A DNA stretch of 35,764 bases from Leidyana gryllorum EB-2025a. Its lineage: Eukaryota > Protista > Apicomplexa. Positions 1-10,975 of the stretch are shown here, piece by piece; within the stretch, counting starts at the first letter, position 1, and each line of letters starts with the position of its first letter. Location of the stretch: positions 1 to 35,764 of the forward strand of contig JBLWGC010000015.1 of assembly GCA_048772705.1 (NCBI GenBank), given 5' to 3'. The position numbers and the translations under genes are program-made. Under the pieces are notes generated by a model. It did not search any database. It was not told where the DNA came from and saw only the letters and a list, made by a program, of their open reading frames with translations.

Positions 1-40
1 CATTCTTCAGTTTTTTTGGAGGTTTGTATCGTTCAAGACA

Positions 41-2229
41 TCACAATGAATCAAGACCTGGGTCATTCTGAAAAAGTTCCTTGCTTGAAAGGAACTGCTC
101 GAACACGTGGCCCATCTCGTGTTCGCCTCCTTCGGGAATTTTGCTGATGAAGTTGTGGAACGCGTCCTCGAATCCTGCCGGATAATTGTAGTCGTGCTCG
201 GACGTAGGAAAAGGATCTTCGTTTATAGGCGCATCGCCCTCCATTAGGGTGCTCTCATCACGAGGCTCCTGCTTGATGCAGGGCGGGTCCAATGAGACGA
301 CTGGATCGTCACCCGGGCCTGCAAAGTAGGCTTCCGGCATAGTGTGATCAATATGTGGGCCTGAAAGTAAATCATTCGACGTCAGCTCAATATGCTGATG
401 ATGGTGATGATGAGCGCGATCGTTGTGATGCTCAGGCTGCTGCATCTGGAGACCTGTATCGGCGGAGTTCAATGTCTCTGGCAACGGCGGGAAGGCATCG
501 CAGGTAGAAGGAGTGGACGCGGCTCCCGCCGATTGATCCTTCTTTCCGTCGCGCTTTTCTTCCTGTCTCCGACACGCCTGAACCACTTGCTGCCATAGAT
601 GACAAACAAAAGCCATCTGAGACAGCTGCTGAACTGTGGCATTGCGCAACTCGGAGTACTTGAACCCGTGCTTTTGCAATAAAGTATCCTATAGCAAAGA
701 TACAATCTCAGTCTCGGTAACGAACGAAGAGACACTCACCATCTGTTGGGGAATCTGGTCGTGCAGACGGCGTAAGTGAGCGCGTAGCTGTTCACGACCC
801 TCTTTGCCAAGTGTAATCTTGCGATCTTTGCTGTAATCACAGATGACTTAGGACATCCAGTGCTCGCGACTTACTCGTATTCAATTTTCACAATCTTTCC
901 CTCTTTGTCTCGTTGCAGAACCATGTACTCCTTCTTCACATACTTGCGCTGTTGTGACTGGTTCGCTTTGAATTTGACAAACTTCTCATGAAATGGGCAT
1001 AGCTCCGCAGTCGTTCGCTCAACCTTTATACGAATCGCAACGTTCCATAAATCCCTGTTGAGTAGAGAAAAGGAGGTGTTCTGAGCCACTCACGTCTCTC
1101 TAGCCCACTCACCATTTATTCGCCAACTCCAAAAGCTGTGGGACCGAAGCTCCCTGTAACTGCCGCCCCTTGCAACCTTTCACGTTCAAACACGCGCGTA
1201 AAAGCTCACGACCTCCTTCACCAAGCGGGAAAGTTATCTTCGGCGAATAGTCGACGATCAACTGCCCACAAGTCAGTCAACCAAATCCTAACACGATATA
1301 ACCCTTACGCTGGCATATTTAGGGTTCATACGAAACTCGTCAATGTCATTCAACATCTTTAGATTCGCTTCCGTCAGAGCCGGTCGGGTGTTGTAGTCTC
1401 TGGCACTGTCTGAACTCGCATCACTCGCAGCAGATCTACGAGATCTCCCACCCGGGCTCGAGGGAACCGTTGACTGCCCAGATGGAGAGGGCGGGCATTC
1501 CACCTTAACCTCTTCCTCCTTCGACTTGATATTGAACGTGTCGCTATTCGCGCACACTGCTGTGTCTGCAGACAGGGAATAGCGATGTAAGCGGACCTTT
1601 GCCCTCCTACCTCTACTCAGTGGCCTTCCTGTTGCTACTGCTGAATTCGAGTTATTCGGTCTACTCGGCCCGAGATCCGGCGGCACAAGACCAGTGTAAG
1701 TCGAGTAGTCGTCGTACTCTGGTCCTGTGCTCTGCGGAAACTCAGTCGTGGGAGCACCCGGATATTCAGTCGACGCCATCAGATCTTCCGCTTGAGGATG
1801 CCAATACATCTCCTCGTCTTGCGCAGGTAAATCGTACGTATTGAAGAGGTTGCCACCATCGCCAAACCCTCCTCCAATGTTCTGTATGTCCATCAATGTC
1901 TCGAAGGTGCTGGAAGACGCACTAGGAGTCCCTGCCGAAGTAGATTCGTAACTGCCCATACTCGGACTCGGTCTTCGTTGATCTGCCCCTTCACCATTGC
2001 TCGATAAACGTCGCTTTCGGCTAGAATTTGGTAATACGCCATGTCCTATTCCTTGCCAAGCAACCTCTGGGAGCTGGGCAGGCCGGACATGGTCAACATT
2101 GGTGTATGGATGATAATCATACTCGTAAGCTCGGTAACAAGTCTGTGGAGGATACCACGAGCTGGAGACGCTTGAATTATTAAATTGGGATGTGAGATCT
2201 TGACTGTCACTCCGTCTCGTCCCACTCAT
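41..2229 (-). CDS. Putative nuclear/transcription-factor-like protein (~662 aa, 5 exons) with two copies of an unnamed helical domain
   Basis: GT-AG introns at 1262-1308, 1055-1112, 831-874 and 689-739 join ORFs 1288-2286, 871-1089 and 41-679 in frame. Ser/Pro/acidic low-complexity flanks, basic NLS-like SSRKRRLSS, poly-His run. Internal repeat LGxxGRExLRAxL...LxxA(S/T)VxQLxxxAxxxxLW. Confidence 0.75.
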
Positions 2230-2374
2230 CGTCTTGCTGTTTTGTCCACACCCAAAGTCAAAAACCCAGCATTGTCTCAGCCACAAATTTTTGGCACCGG
2301 GTCATAAAAAATCTGAACTTCTCCACAAAGCCGGCTGGAACCGAGCCAAAAAATCAGACACACATTGTGTAGAA

Positions 2375-3567
2375 TCAGTTGCTAGAGAATAGAAACTTCG
2401 CAGGTTGCACCACAAAGTAGTTGAATGTCTCCGCCATACGGTCTGCTATGTTTTCACCCAGTTGCTGGAAGCCTAGCTTATTCATACCCTCCAAACCATG
2501 AGATGCAACAGGGACTGGGAAGGTTCCGGGCCGATCCTCAGTGATGACCCATCCCGCATTGCTCGTACCTTCTTCTCTTTGTCTGGCGAGACGTGACAAT
2601 ACCTCATTGCGAGCCACCTCGAACCGTACATTCTCCGAGTACTGGATTTTGGCGCAAGCCACACGTGTTTTGGATGTACAGTGTAACACCACTGACTTTC
2701 CTCTAAGCTCAGACACAGGCGGGGAATAGGGGTCGCGGTTGATGCGGAACAGGAGGTCGTGTCCATTCGTGATCTGGACGGACTGCCGCATCGGTCTATG
2801 ATGGGGCTGAAAAATAGGAGCAGGGGCGATTCCAGTGCCCAGTCCAAAGGTGCTCGAACCTTCTTCTGTAACTTCGCCAAGAGCAGATCTGAGCAGATCG
2901 GCTAATGTCAGATTGGATCGTTGACAGTTGTAGCAGGGCTCGTGAGCTGGTTGACTGGGGGCTTGAGTTTGAGTGTGAGGCAAGGAGATGATCGGATTGG
3001 TGATGTTGAATGGGAGCACCCCATACTTGCCACTCAGATCACCCACCTCACAAGTGTACGGCACGCTTTGATATTGTCCAGGGTCACAGATATAATCCCC
3101 CCAAGCCTGACTGTTTGCGTTGCTGGGATTAGCACAAAGGCAGAATGGGTTCCCACTATCTGGACTGCAAGCAAGTGTCGGGTCGTAGTGGCCTCCGGTG
3201 TGGGGAGCTCCACAATTTTCCGGTCCGAGAGAGAAGAGCCCAAGATCATCATTCCACTGCTGATGGATATGGTACATGAGGCCAGTGCCTGGTCCGGTTC
3301 GGAAACAGGTGGCATCTTCCAAGATGAAGGGTGTCGGGTTCTTTATCCGAACTCGGACTATGTTCCAGTCCTGATAAAAGGCCCACAGCGCATCAATACT
3401 TTCATCGCGAATCTCGGCAATTGCGAAAGGGGCAGTATCTGGGAACAATATGGCATAATCGCACCCGAAAACATACCAGCATGATGGGATGGTACTATAT
3501 TGAAAGGACCTGGGTGAGCATTAGTCAACCCGACAAGAACCACAGCAATACAAGTGGGCGTACGCAT
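2375..3567 (-). CDS. Secreted Cu-only (Cu/Zn-fold) superoxide dismutase-like protein (~384 aa, 2 exons)
   Basis: Signal peptide MRTPTCIAVVLVGLTNA, intron 3439-3476 (GTATGT..CCCAG). Motifs YHIH, C..TGGHYDP, CEVGDLSGKYG and SVVLHC..TRVACAKI match the SOD_Cu fold. Confidence 0.8.
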
Positions 3568-3626
3568 GGCCCGAAACGTGTTTGTAAATGCGCGTCTCCA
3601 ACGTTCCGAGTGTGTGCACACGCTGC

Positions 3627-5441
3627 CTACCTCTTCTTCCTCAGAAGTGTCGCTCCAAACGCCCCCAGGAAGGGCGCGACTCTGCATCAGCGTGAAATTG
3701 GACCAGATGCGAGTCCTTACTTTACAAAATGTACTTGACATTCGCCATTCGAACCATAGTTCACGTTGTGTTGTATAGCCGCCAAATAGTGGGGTAATTC
3801 CAGATAATAACCAACGAAAACCAATCTGCTTGAAATGTACGGAAGATTGAGGGGTACCTTACCTTCGGCATTTGTGGATCACGGCGTGTAAATACGCGAG
3901 CTGGGCAGCATTGAAGGTTACCATTGATAACAAGCTCTTGGCAACATCAGCCTCTGATGGTTGCACTCCATCGCAATACACTCCTCGCCGTTTGCCATCT
4001 TCAGTTGGGACATCACGATGGCTTTCGCTCGAAACATATTCAGAGGAAGGAAGGTCGCTATGAGTCTGAATGGACCCGGGATGGCTTTGACCTGATTGGC
4101 ATCCTTCGAAGAGTGTGGCCTCAATATCTTCGTCGAACTTGGTCAAGGCATCACGACATTTGAGCCCTTTGACATTGGTGAACGAGCGAGGTAGGGACTC
4201 AAGATCAGTGTCCTGAGGGTGGTCGAAGTCATTCTTGTGATTCAAGGCTTGACGACTCCCAAAGTCACTGAACAATGGTGCTTGCAATTCGATTGAAGCT
4301 TTGCCAGCAGACGAGGGCATATGATCCAATGATTCTTGAGACGCAGGGTGAAATCGTGGAGAATCGGTCGTAATGGCTTGCATCTTCCCCAACGTTGAGG
4401 CGACCAGTGACCCTTTCAACCCAATCAAACTCGCATCGCCCCCATAGATATCGGCCACCAGCATATCGACAGTGGACTGGTCTCCTCTTTGAGCGAACAA
4501 AAATGCATCAAAAGGCGTTGAGGGGGACTCGCAGAGCAATTTGACCAATCCAACAAAGGTCGAGCAACCAATGGTAGACCCTCCAACTCGGATGGATTCG
4601 GTGGCGCTCGAAACTTTGTGGAAAGAGACTCCAGATTTGAGGTTCACAAGCAGATACGGGTAGAAATCTTCGGCTTGTTCGGGTGTTAAAACTCTGCATG
4701 ACAGCAAATCCACACGATCATGTTGCCAAAGGCTTACTCGGAATGATATTCGGTGGTTGGGGGCAACGGTCCGCTATCCGTGACCCCTTGATGCGTTCTG
4801 AGAGTGTCTTGAGTAGTGTGTGTGGCGAGTCTTACTGTGTATAGTGAAAGATGGTGTTGGGCAGAGTCTTGACTAATAGATCAATGGACCGAAGTACGCA
4901 ATCAAGCTCTCGTACGCGGACAAAGTTTATGCGCAGCGGCTTCTCCCGGTCCAAGTTGAAAGCGTCAAGTTTTGAGGTTGTAGCGCATATGAGGTCTGGT
5001 GCAGCCGAGCCTGTTATATGTATAGGAAAGCCGTTTTCGATTAACGCAGGCTCAATGTGTTCGCATATCTCAGCAATATGGCGCAAGGCCTGTTGGGGTG
5101 GTATGAAATTGCTGAGAGGGAGGCGGGAGGTCGCTTACAAGCGCTGTCAACGGCTCTGCCTGACTGGAATCGAAGAGCGCACAGTACACACGAGCATGTT
5201 TGCCTGCTTCAGGACGGTCGAAGACCCATGGCGTGCCCCAAGTTGGAGCATTTTTCAGGAAGGATAAAAGTACATCTTCGTATGGGGATTCGGAGGAGGC
5301 TGGGCTGGGTTGGAGACGACTGAATTCGTCGGAGTCTGTGGTCACCCCAATAACATCAACAGGGAGTATTCTCTCGTCCGAGAGACTGGCTGCAACTCTG
5401 ATGATTGAACCCGAAACATCAACCCCCAAACGATTCCCCAT
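3627..5441 (-). CDS. PANK: Type II (fumble) pantothenate kinase family, degenerate PanK2-like (6 exons)
   Basis: Spliced protein contains GVDVSGS, ELDC, YPYLLVNLKSGVS, RVGGSTIG, GDQSTVDMLVADIYGGD..IGLKGSLVASTLGK, DVAKSLLSMVTFNAAQLA, RLVFVGYY and PFLGAFGA. Five GT-AG introns; stop TAG at 3627-3629. Confidence 0.85.
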
Positions 5442-5453
5442 CGAAGCAAAAAA

Positions 5454-8315
5454 TCAGTCGAAGATGAGCTGTTGTTGGTGATGATCTCTTTTCTTTGGTA
5501 CTCCTTGCTGCCCTCGGCCCTCGAAATTAATCGTAGCATTGGGGATTACCGCTCTCAGAAAGGCGAAGGCGTCCGCTTCTGGTGGAGCGGTCTGATGCCG
5601 GCTCGGTACCTGCGGTATCCCCCACTCCTGACTCCCTCCCACCGGGTACAGATGGTGTGAAGGCTGCGATGGAACAGTGGGAGGCGGAGTATGCCTTCCT
5701 CCCAACGGAGCAGGTCCTCCCCGAGACATCTCAAACGACCCATGCGCACTGATGGGTGTGTTGTGGCCGCGGATACAATGCTTTAAACAAAGAATGGACT
5801 TACGTAGAGGGGTTCTGCCATTGGTGCGAGAGCGGAACGCGCTGGTGTTGCTGCTGTGGCTGTTGCTGTGATACTTGTGACGCGGCCGGGTGTTGCGGCT
5901 GGTGTTGTTGCGCGCGGGCTCTGAACTCAGCTGTCAGTCGACTTAGCTGTTCCACCATTGTTGGGATACCCGCAGACATACCTCCACCTCTTTGAGATTG
6001 CGTTGGGAGAGGTGGTGCCGCATGGGGGGGTTGATAGTGATGTTGAGCCATGGGTCGGCTCTGTTGCGACCGAACCATGGCTGCTTGCAGTAGATCATAG
6101 CGCAGCTCAGCTCCACGGCCATTGAGGAGATGATCAATTCGGCGCACAGCCTCTGCACTTGCTTCTGTTATATGTGATTGAGAGGTATATTGATGAGATG
6201 GCTCAGGGGGCGGTCGTGGACGCCTCGAATATATCCCCGCATTACCTCTGGTGTCCGAGAAGTTAGGCTGAGGAGCGAACTGTGTGAGATACTGAGGCGG
6301 AGAAAGTGTTTGTTGATATACGCGTGAAAGTGAGGATCTCACCGATTGGGATGCTGTTTTGAGCTCAAAGACTGAGGATTGTTCCGGTTCGTCAGGGAAG
6401 AATGAATCTTGTTCAGGTCCCGCACCCTCCCAAGCACCTAGAATATGCGTCCATGCATCTCTGGTCCAGGACGTATCAGCTGAGGTGGGTGCGGGCGGCC
6501 TGGGCGCCCATGAAGTTGGTGGATCGAGAGTCGTAGTTTTGGGTGGAGACGTTGGCCGGGGTGCGACAAGGTCGGGAGGCGGCAAGAAGACAGTCATGCC
6601 CTTCTTTTGGCATCCAATTTTGGCGTCAGGTTGGAGGACAGGGGGAGATGTGGGGGGTTCTGGAGGAGGTGGTAAGGTTTTGTTCTCCAGGAACGGAGGT
6701 GGCGATACAGCCACATGAGATATAGATTTGACTTTCGGGGGTGCTGAAGAGGGTGGCGACGAATCCAACTGAGGAGGGGGAGGAATGAGGTGGAGGTTGA
6801 CAGTTAGGGGAGGGGCACTCTCACTGCTGCTGTCTGCAACAGGAGGTGGAGGAGCAGCACTGATGGTCGGGGAGGAGGAGGATTCTTCGGTGCTGACTGC
6901 AGCAGCTGACATAGACTTCCGTGTTTGCTTCTTCTCGTCTCCCTTGCACGAAGGCTGAGTAGTCGTCGTGGGCCGTGTCAGGGCCGGGAAGGCTTGATCT
7001 TCTTCGACAGTAGCCGGTGGGGGAGGGGCCTGAGGAACCTGCCATTGCCGTCGAGGAGCTATCGGAACCTCCTCATCAGACGATCCCGCTACCGCGTTCG
7101 CAACCTCAGTCACTCCCCGCAACTCCGCCTGCTGATCACCGACAAAGGTACCGGGAGGAAGCTCGATATTCATCTGCAGCAGCCCTGCTGCCGTTTTACC
7201 AAACAGACTTTCGAGGCAAGGATTATTTACAGCTTCCGCAATTAACGATTCCGGCAAGTGGATAGCCCGTCCACTCAATGCTTTTCTGGTAGCCTTCCAA
7301 CAATATCTGTGCGGTTAGTCTCACACATCGAAAGCTGTCGCTAACCATTACACTTACTTTGGACTCTTGTCCACAGCGCAGTGGATGAATGTGCACCTGT
7401 CGTTGGTACATGGCACCCCCCGCAGTGTTTGAATACAGTGATGCGCCGCGCCCAACTGGAACCGCATCGAGCGAGCGCCTGGTTCCGAAGCATTCGCAGC
7501 ATACTTGGCAATATCACTTGCAATCAGACCAGGCAATTTCTGCGAGTGCAACACCATTTGTTTAGCCAGTTGAGCATCACACTTTGACACTCAAATGTGT
7601 AATAGTTACCGACCTGCTGAGCAAAAGTAGTGTTGTCCGCGCGGGCGAAACTGACAAAGGCTGTGTTGCGTTCCGGTGAAGGCTTCACAGCCGCCACTAC
7701 AATGGATATCAGTCTGCCATACTTCCCCAAGTACTGGAAACTCGAAAGCGTCTGCGGGGGGGGGGACATTGCGACCTTCGCCCAGTACCTTTCACGGCTT
7801 TACCTGAGCATTCAGGAGATGCGGCGGGCAGTTATAGAGCCGACACACCAGCGGCTGCCTGAATCCGCGTGGGAGCGAGATCTCGGGGTCGTCATCTGCC
7901 GAGCGAGCGGGCCCAGTGCCTCCGTTCGTACCTGAGAGGTCGTCATAGTCCTCGCACGGCCACTCACTGGAGCGCGCGGACTCCCCCTCCAGTGCTCGCA
8001 GTCGCTCCTCTTCCGCTGCAGCTGCCTCGCGCGCCTTTCTATGGGACACTGGACCGTCAGAACAGGGCAGCACCAACCTGACTACGGAGATCGGGGCCCT
8101 CCGATAGAGAGCCTCGTCATATTCTCGTCGACATTGGGGGCACCTGTTATTTTCCTCCTGTCGTATGCGCCGAAGGCACCATAGACAAACCTGCGTGTGT
8201 GTGCTCGCCGTTCCAATGTGTGGTTCTTTACTTGGAAGTCACAAGGGCAAGGCAGAAGTGCCAAGTCCGTTTCGTCCATGCGCTCGAGGCATATTGGGCA
8301 CTCGGGGGCGCACAT
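5454..8315 (-). CDS. NOT4: CCR4-NOT subunit NOT4-like RING E3 ligase (RING, divergent RRM, CCCH finger, Pro/Gln-rich tail; about 8 exons)
   Basis: CPICLERMDETDLALLPCPCDFQ|VCLWC...CPQCRREY is the C4C4 RING of Not4. FQYLGKYG..AFVSF is RRM-like, and HCIQTLRGVPCTNDRCTFIH is the zinc finger. Last intron 5749-5803 leads to stop TGA at 5454-5456. Confidence 0.85.
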
Positions 8316-8519
8316 GTCAACTACTTTTTGCCTGGCTTTTGAGCCTGATTTACTTCGAGAGAAGACTCTTACCGGTCTCGTGAGCCCATTGTCGACACGA
8401 TACTAGCTAGTCTCCGCGATGTTTTCTATCTACGCTTTTCCGGAAATGTATGACAGGAGTGACAGACAACCAATCTTGTCTGTTGTGCATCGAGCAGGAA
8501 GTTTACAGAGTCAGCTAAT

Positions 8520-9278
8520 ATGCGTACCCAACAGTTCCTCGTCTGTGTTGCACTCGCGGCTGCTAAGCCCAATATTTTCCCTGTGCCCCCCATCCTTGGC
8601 GAGTTGCAAGAGGTCTTCGGGTTGACCGTCACTCCGCCCAAACCTGTTATTTCGAGCCGAATCCCCTACTTGAACTGGTTGAACTTCGGACCAGCTGAAC
8701 CAACCGCCACCCAGGATACAGAATTGGAGGGTCAACAAGCTGCTGCTGCCGAGCCCCCCTACAGAGTCACGGCTAGCGGACAATATGCCACCCCTCAGGA
8801 CTTCGCGCGTGCGCTCGTTCAAGAAGGAGGCGTTCCGCCCACCATGGCCACCGCTATAGCGGAGAGCACAGCCACTCTGAATGCCAACATGGTCTCCACC
8901 GCTCGTGCCATGGCCTCCCTGCTCGACGTCCTTTATGATGCTTCGCCGAGACCTCGTGCTCTTGCTCAACCCGTTCTGCGCGGTGTTGAAGCTGCTGGGC
9001 GTTCTATTCCTCAGCCCCTTGTTACTGCCTTCACTGACCTCATCGTGCAAATGGGCGAGCTGGCAGCCAACACTGTTGACGCTGTCAGCGAGGGACCGGC
9101 TCTTGCATTCCTCACCCTACCTTCCGAAGAGCTCAGTGTCGGTGCCGCGAATACTCTTGCCGCCATCAGCCCATTGGATCCCCAAGCATTCTTGGAGGGA
9201 TATCAGGCCCCTGGGCAAGCTGTTGAAGGCGAGCAATACGAGGCTGAGTACGAGGAGGATGCTGCTGCCGAGGAATGA
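8520..9278 (+). CDS. Secreted hypothetical protein (252 aa, single exon, Ala-rich helical, acidic tail)
   Basis: Uninterrupted ORF, signal peptide MRTQQFLVCVALAAA, strong C/T third-position bias, AT-rich 3' flank. Confidence 0.75.
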   Translation: MRTQQFLVCVALAAAKPNIFPVPPILGELQEVFGLTVTPPKPVISSRIPYLNWLNFGPAEPTATQDTELEGQQAAAAEPPYRVTASGQYATPQDFARALVQEGGVPPTMATAIAESTATLNANMVSTARAMASLLDVLYDASPRPRALAQPVLRGVEAAGRSIPQPLVTAFTDLIVQMGELAANTVDAVSEGPALAFLTLPSEELSVGAANTLAAISPLDPQAFLEGYQAPGQAVEGEQYEAEYEEDAAAEE

Positions 9279-9918
9279 CCGAAGCGTCTCAAATTCAGTA
9301 TATTTTGTTTTTTAGTATTTCTGATCGAATATAAACGCTAGTCGCAATCGCGGCCGTATCGACAAATACCCTGCAGAAATGTTTTATCATCTCAAAACAC
9401 TGTGCCAGTTGTAAAACACATGCCACACACTCGACCGTCCTCCGCAAAGAGCCATCATTGTCAGTCAATGTGTCTTGTGTCGTTGGAGCTGAAGTAGATT
9501 ACGCTGGGATGTGTCTCTGTACATGTCAATGTGTATGTTTCAAAGGGAAGACCCCATCTTCGATCAAAGCCTCATGGCTCACGACCCCCCATGCTTTCAA
9601 GGACGTGGAAGATCGGTCTTTTTACTCTTGCACTTTGAGTAATGGCAGCACGTCAGTCAACCGTGGAAGGCGACCGGACGCCACACATGCCACGGTCCAA
9701 CCGAGTAAGAAATCTAAGAACCTTTCCGGACATGGCTGGTTGGCTCACAGCCGTGTATCTTGCGTCCCTTAAGTATGGACAATGCTGTTCGCCTTTGAAC
9801 ATGTGGATGAAGCATTTTTCCTATTTGGTCGCTATGTTTGTCACATTCAGAGAATGTAACCACCAAAGACTCAGTCTGCCTTCGCATCGAAAGAGGTAAG
9901 GTACTCTCTTCCGGGACG

Positions 9919-10929
9919 ATGGCCTTCACCCGTGCAATTTTCCTTGGCGCTTACTTGCCCTCTATCGTTCTGGCCCAACAGGGGCTCCTCTCTCTATTCA
10001 CTCCGCCGGTCCTGGAAGGTGCTGCAGCGGATGTTGAACAAACACCAGACTCTGCAGCAGCGGCTGTGGAACGGCTCTTTGGCCTTCCTTTCACCGACCT
10101 GCTGAAAATGCCTAATGGTCAGCCATTGACGGCACAGAACCTCCTAGCAGACCTGACGAGCTCGAACAATCCGATCAATGGGGCCATTCAAGCTGTGTGG
10201 CAAGAGTCTATCGATGCTAGGAAAGATTACTTGGCTGCTTTGTCCACGTTGATTGACGCTCCCTCTCAGGCGTTCAGATCAATGGCCGAGGAAGCAGAGA
10301 ATACAAAAAATCCTATCGGATCCCTCTGGCTCCGGCCCACTTCAGGCCTCCTGCAGCTCCTATCGTTCCCTCCGAACCTCATTTTGCGGCCTGCCAAAGC
10401 TGCCCTTGAGACAGAGGAGACTTTCCTGCACAGCACGGAGGCTGCTAACCCGGCCGAAATGTCGGGTCAACAAGCCCCTTCTCCGCTCCGCATGGTTGGG
10501 AATGGAATGCTCAATCCGATTAGATTGTTGATTCAGCCACTTCGCGTAGTAGAGAGTGTGTTCGGCAGAGCTTCTCGTGCTGCAGCGGGCGCACTTCATT
10601 CACTGGCTGAGGAGGAGAATGCGGGCGAGCCAGCCTCTCCTCCCGCTGACACAGAGGAAGAAGATTTCGAGCCGCAAAACATTGGGCCTCCGGGCACTGA
10701 GATTGAAGGCCAAGAAGTGGGCTTGAAGGCAGAGCCATTCTGGCCCGCACAGGATCCAGTGGAAACAGTACTGCTACCTGAGGCGGTGGATAAGGACCCC
10801 CCAGATGAGCCGCCGACGAACCCTCAGGTCGAAGCTTTGAAAGAGAAGATCAAAGCACAGCTCCGGGAGAAGGTGCTGAATGCTTGGGCTTCCTCGCTTG
10901 AGAGAGAATTCAGTTTGGAAGACGAATGA
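9919..10929 (+). CDS. Secreted hypothetical protein (336 aa, single exon), probable divergent paralogue of 8520-9278
   Basis: ORF 9838-10929. The ATG at 9919 gives signal peptide MAFTRAIFLGAYLPSIVLA. Local similarity to the upstream gene. Confidence 0.7.
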   Translation: MAFTRAIFLGAYLPSIVLAQQGLLSLFTPPVLEGAAADVEQTPDSAAAAVERLFGLPFTDLLKMPNGQPLTAQNLLADLTSSNNPINGAIQAVWQESIDARKDYLAALSTLIDAPSQAFRSMAEEAENTKNPIGSLWLRPTSGLLQLLSFPPNLILRPAKAALETEETFLHSTEAANPAEMSGQQAPSPLRMVGNGMLNPIRLLIQPLRVVESVFGRASRAAAGALHSLAEEENAGEPASPPADTEEEDFEPQNIGPPGTEIEGQEVGLKAEPFWPAQDPVETVLLPEAVDKDPPDEPPTNPQVEALKEKIKAQLREKVLNAWASSLEREFSLEDE

Positions 10930-10975
10930 CTTTTTTAATCGCCTATCAACTTTTTGACTGCGAACATCGCACGGA

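Noticed and set aside
3568-3741. Upstream in-frame extension of the SOD-like gene (ORF 3358-3741)
   Set aside because: It overlaps the last PanK exons and intron and would bury the signal peptide. The ATG at 3567 is preferred.
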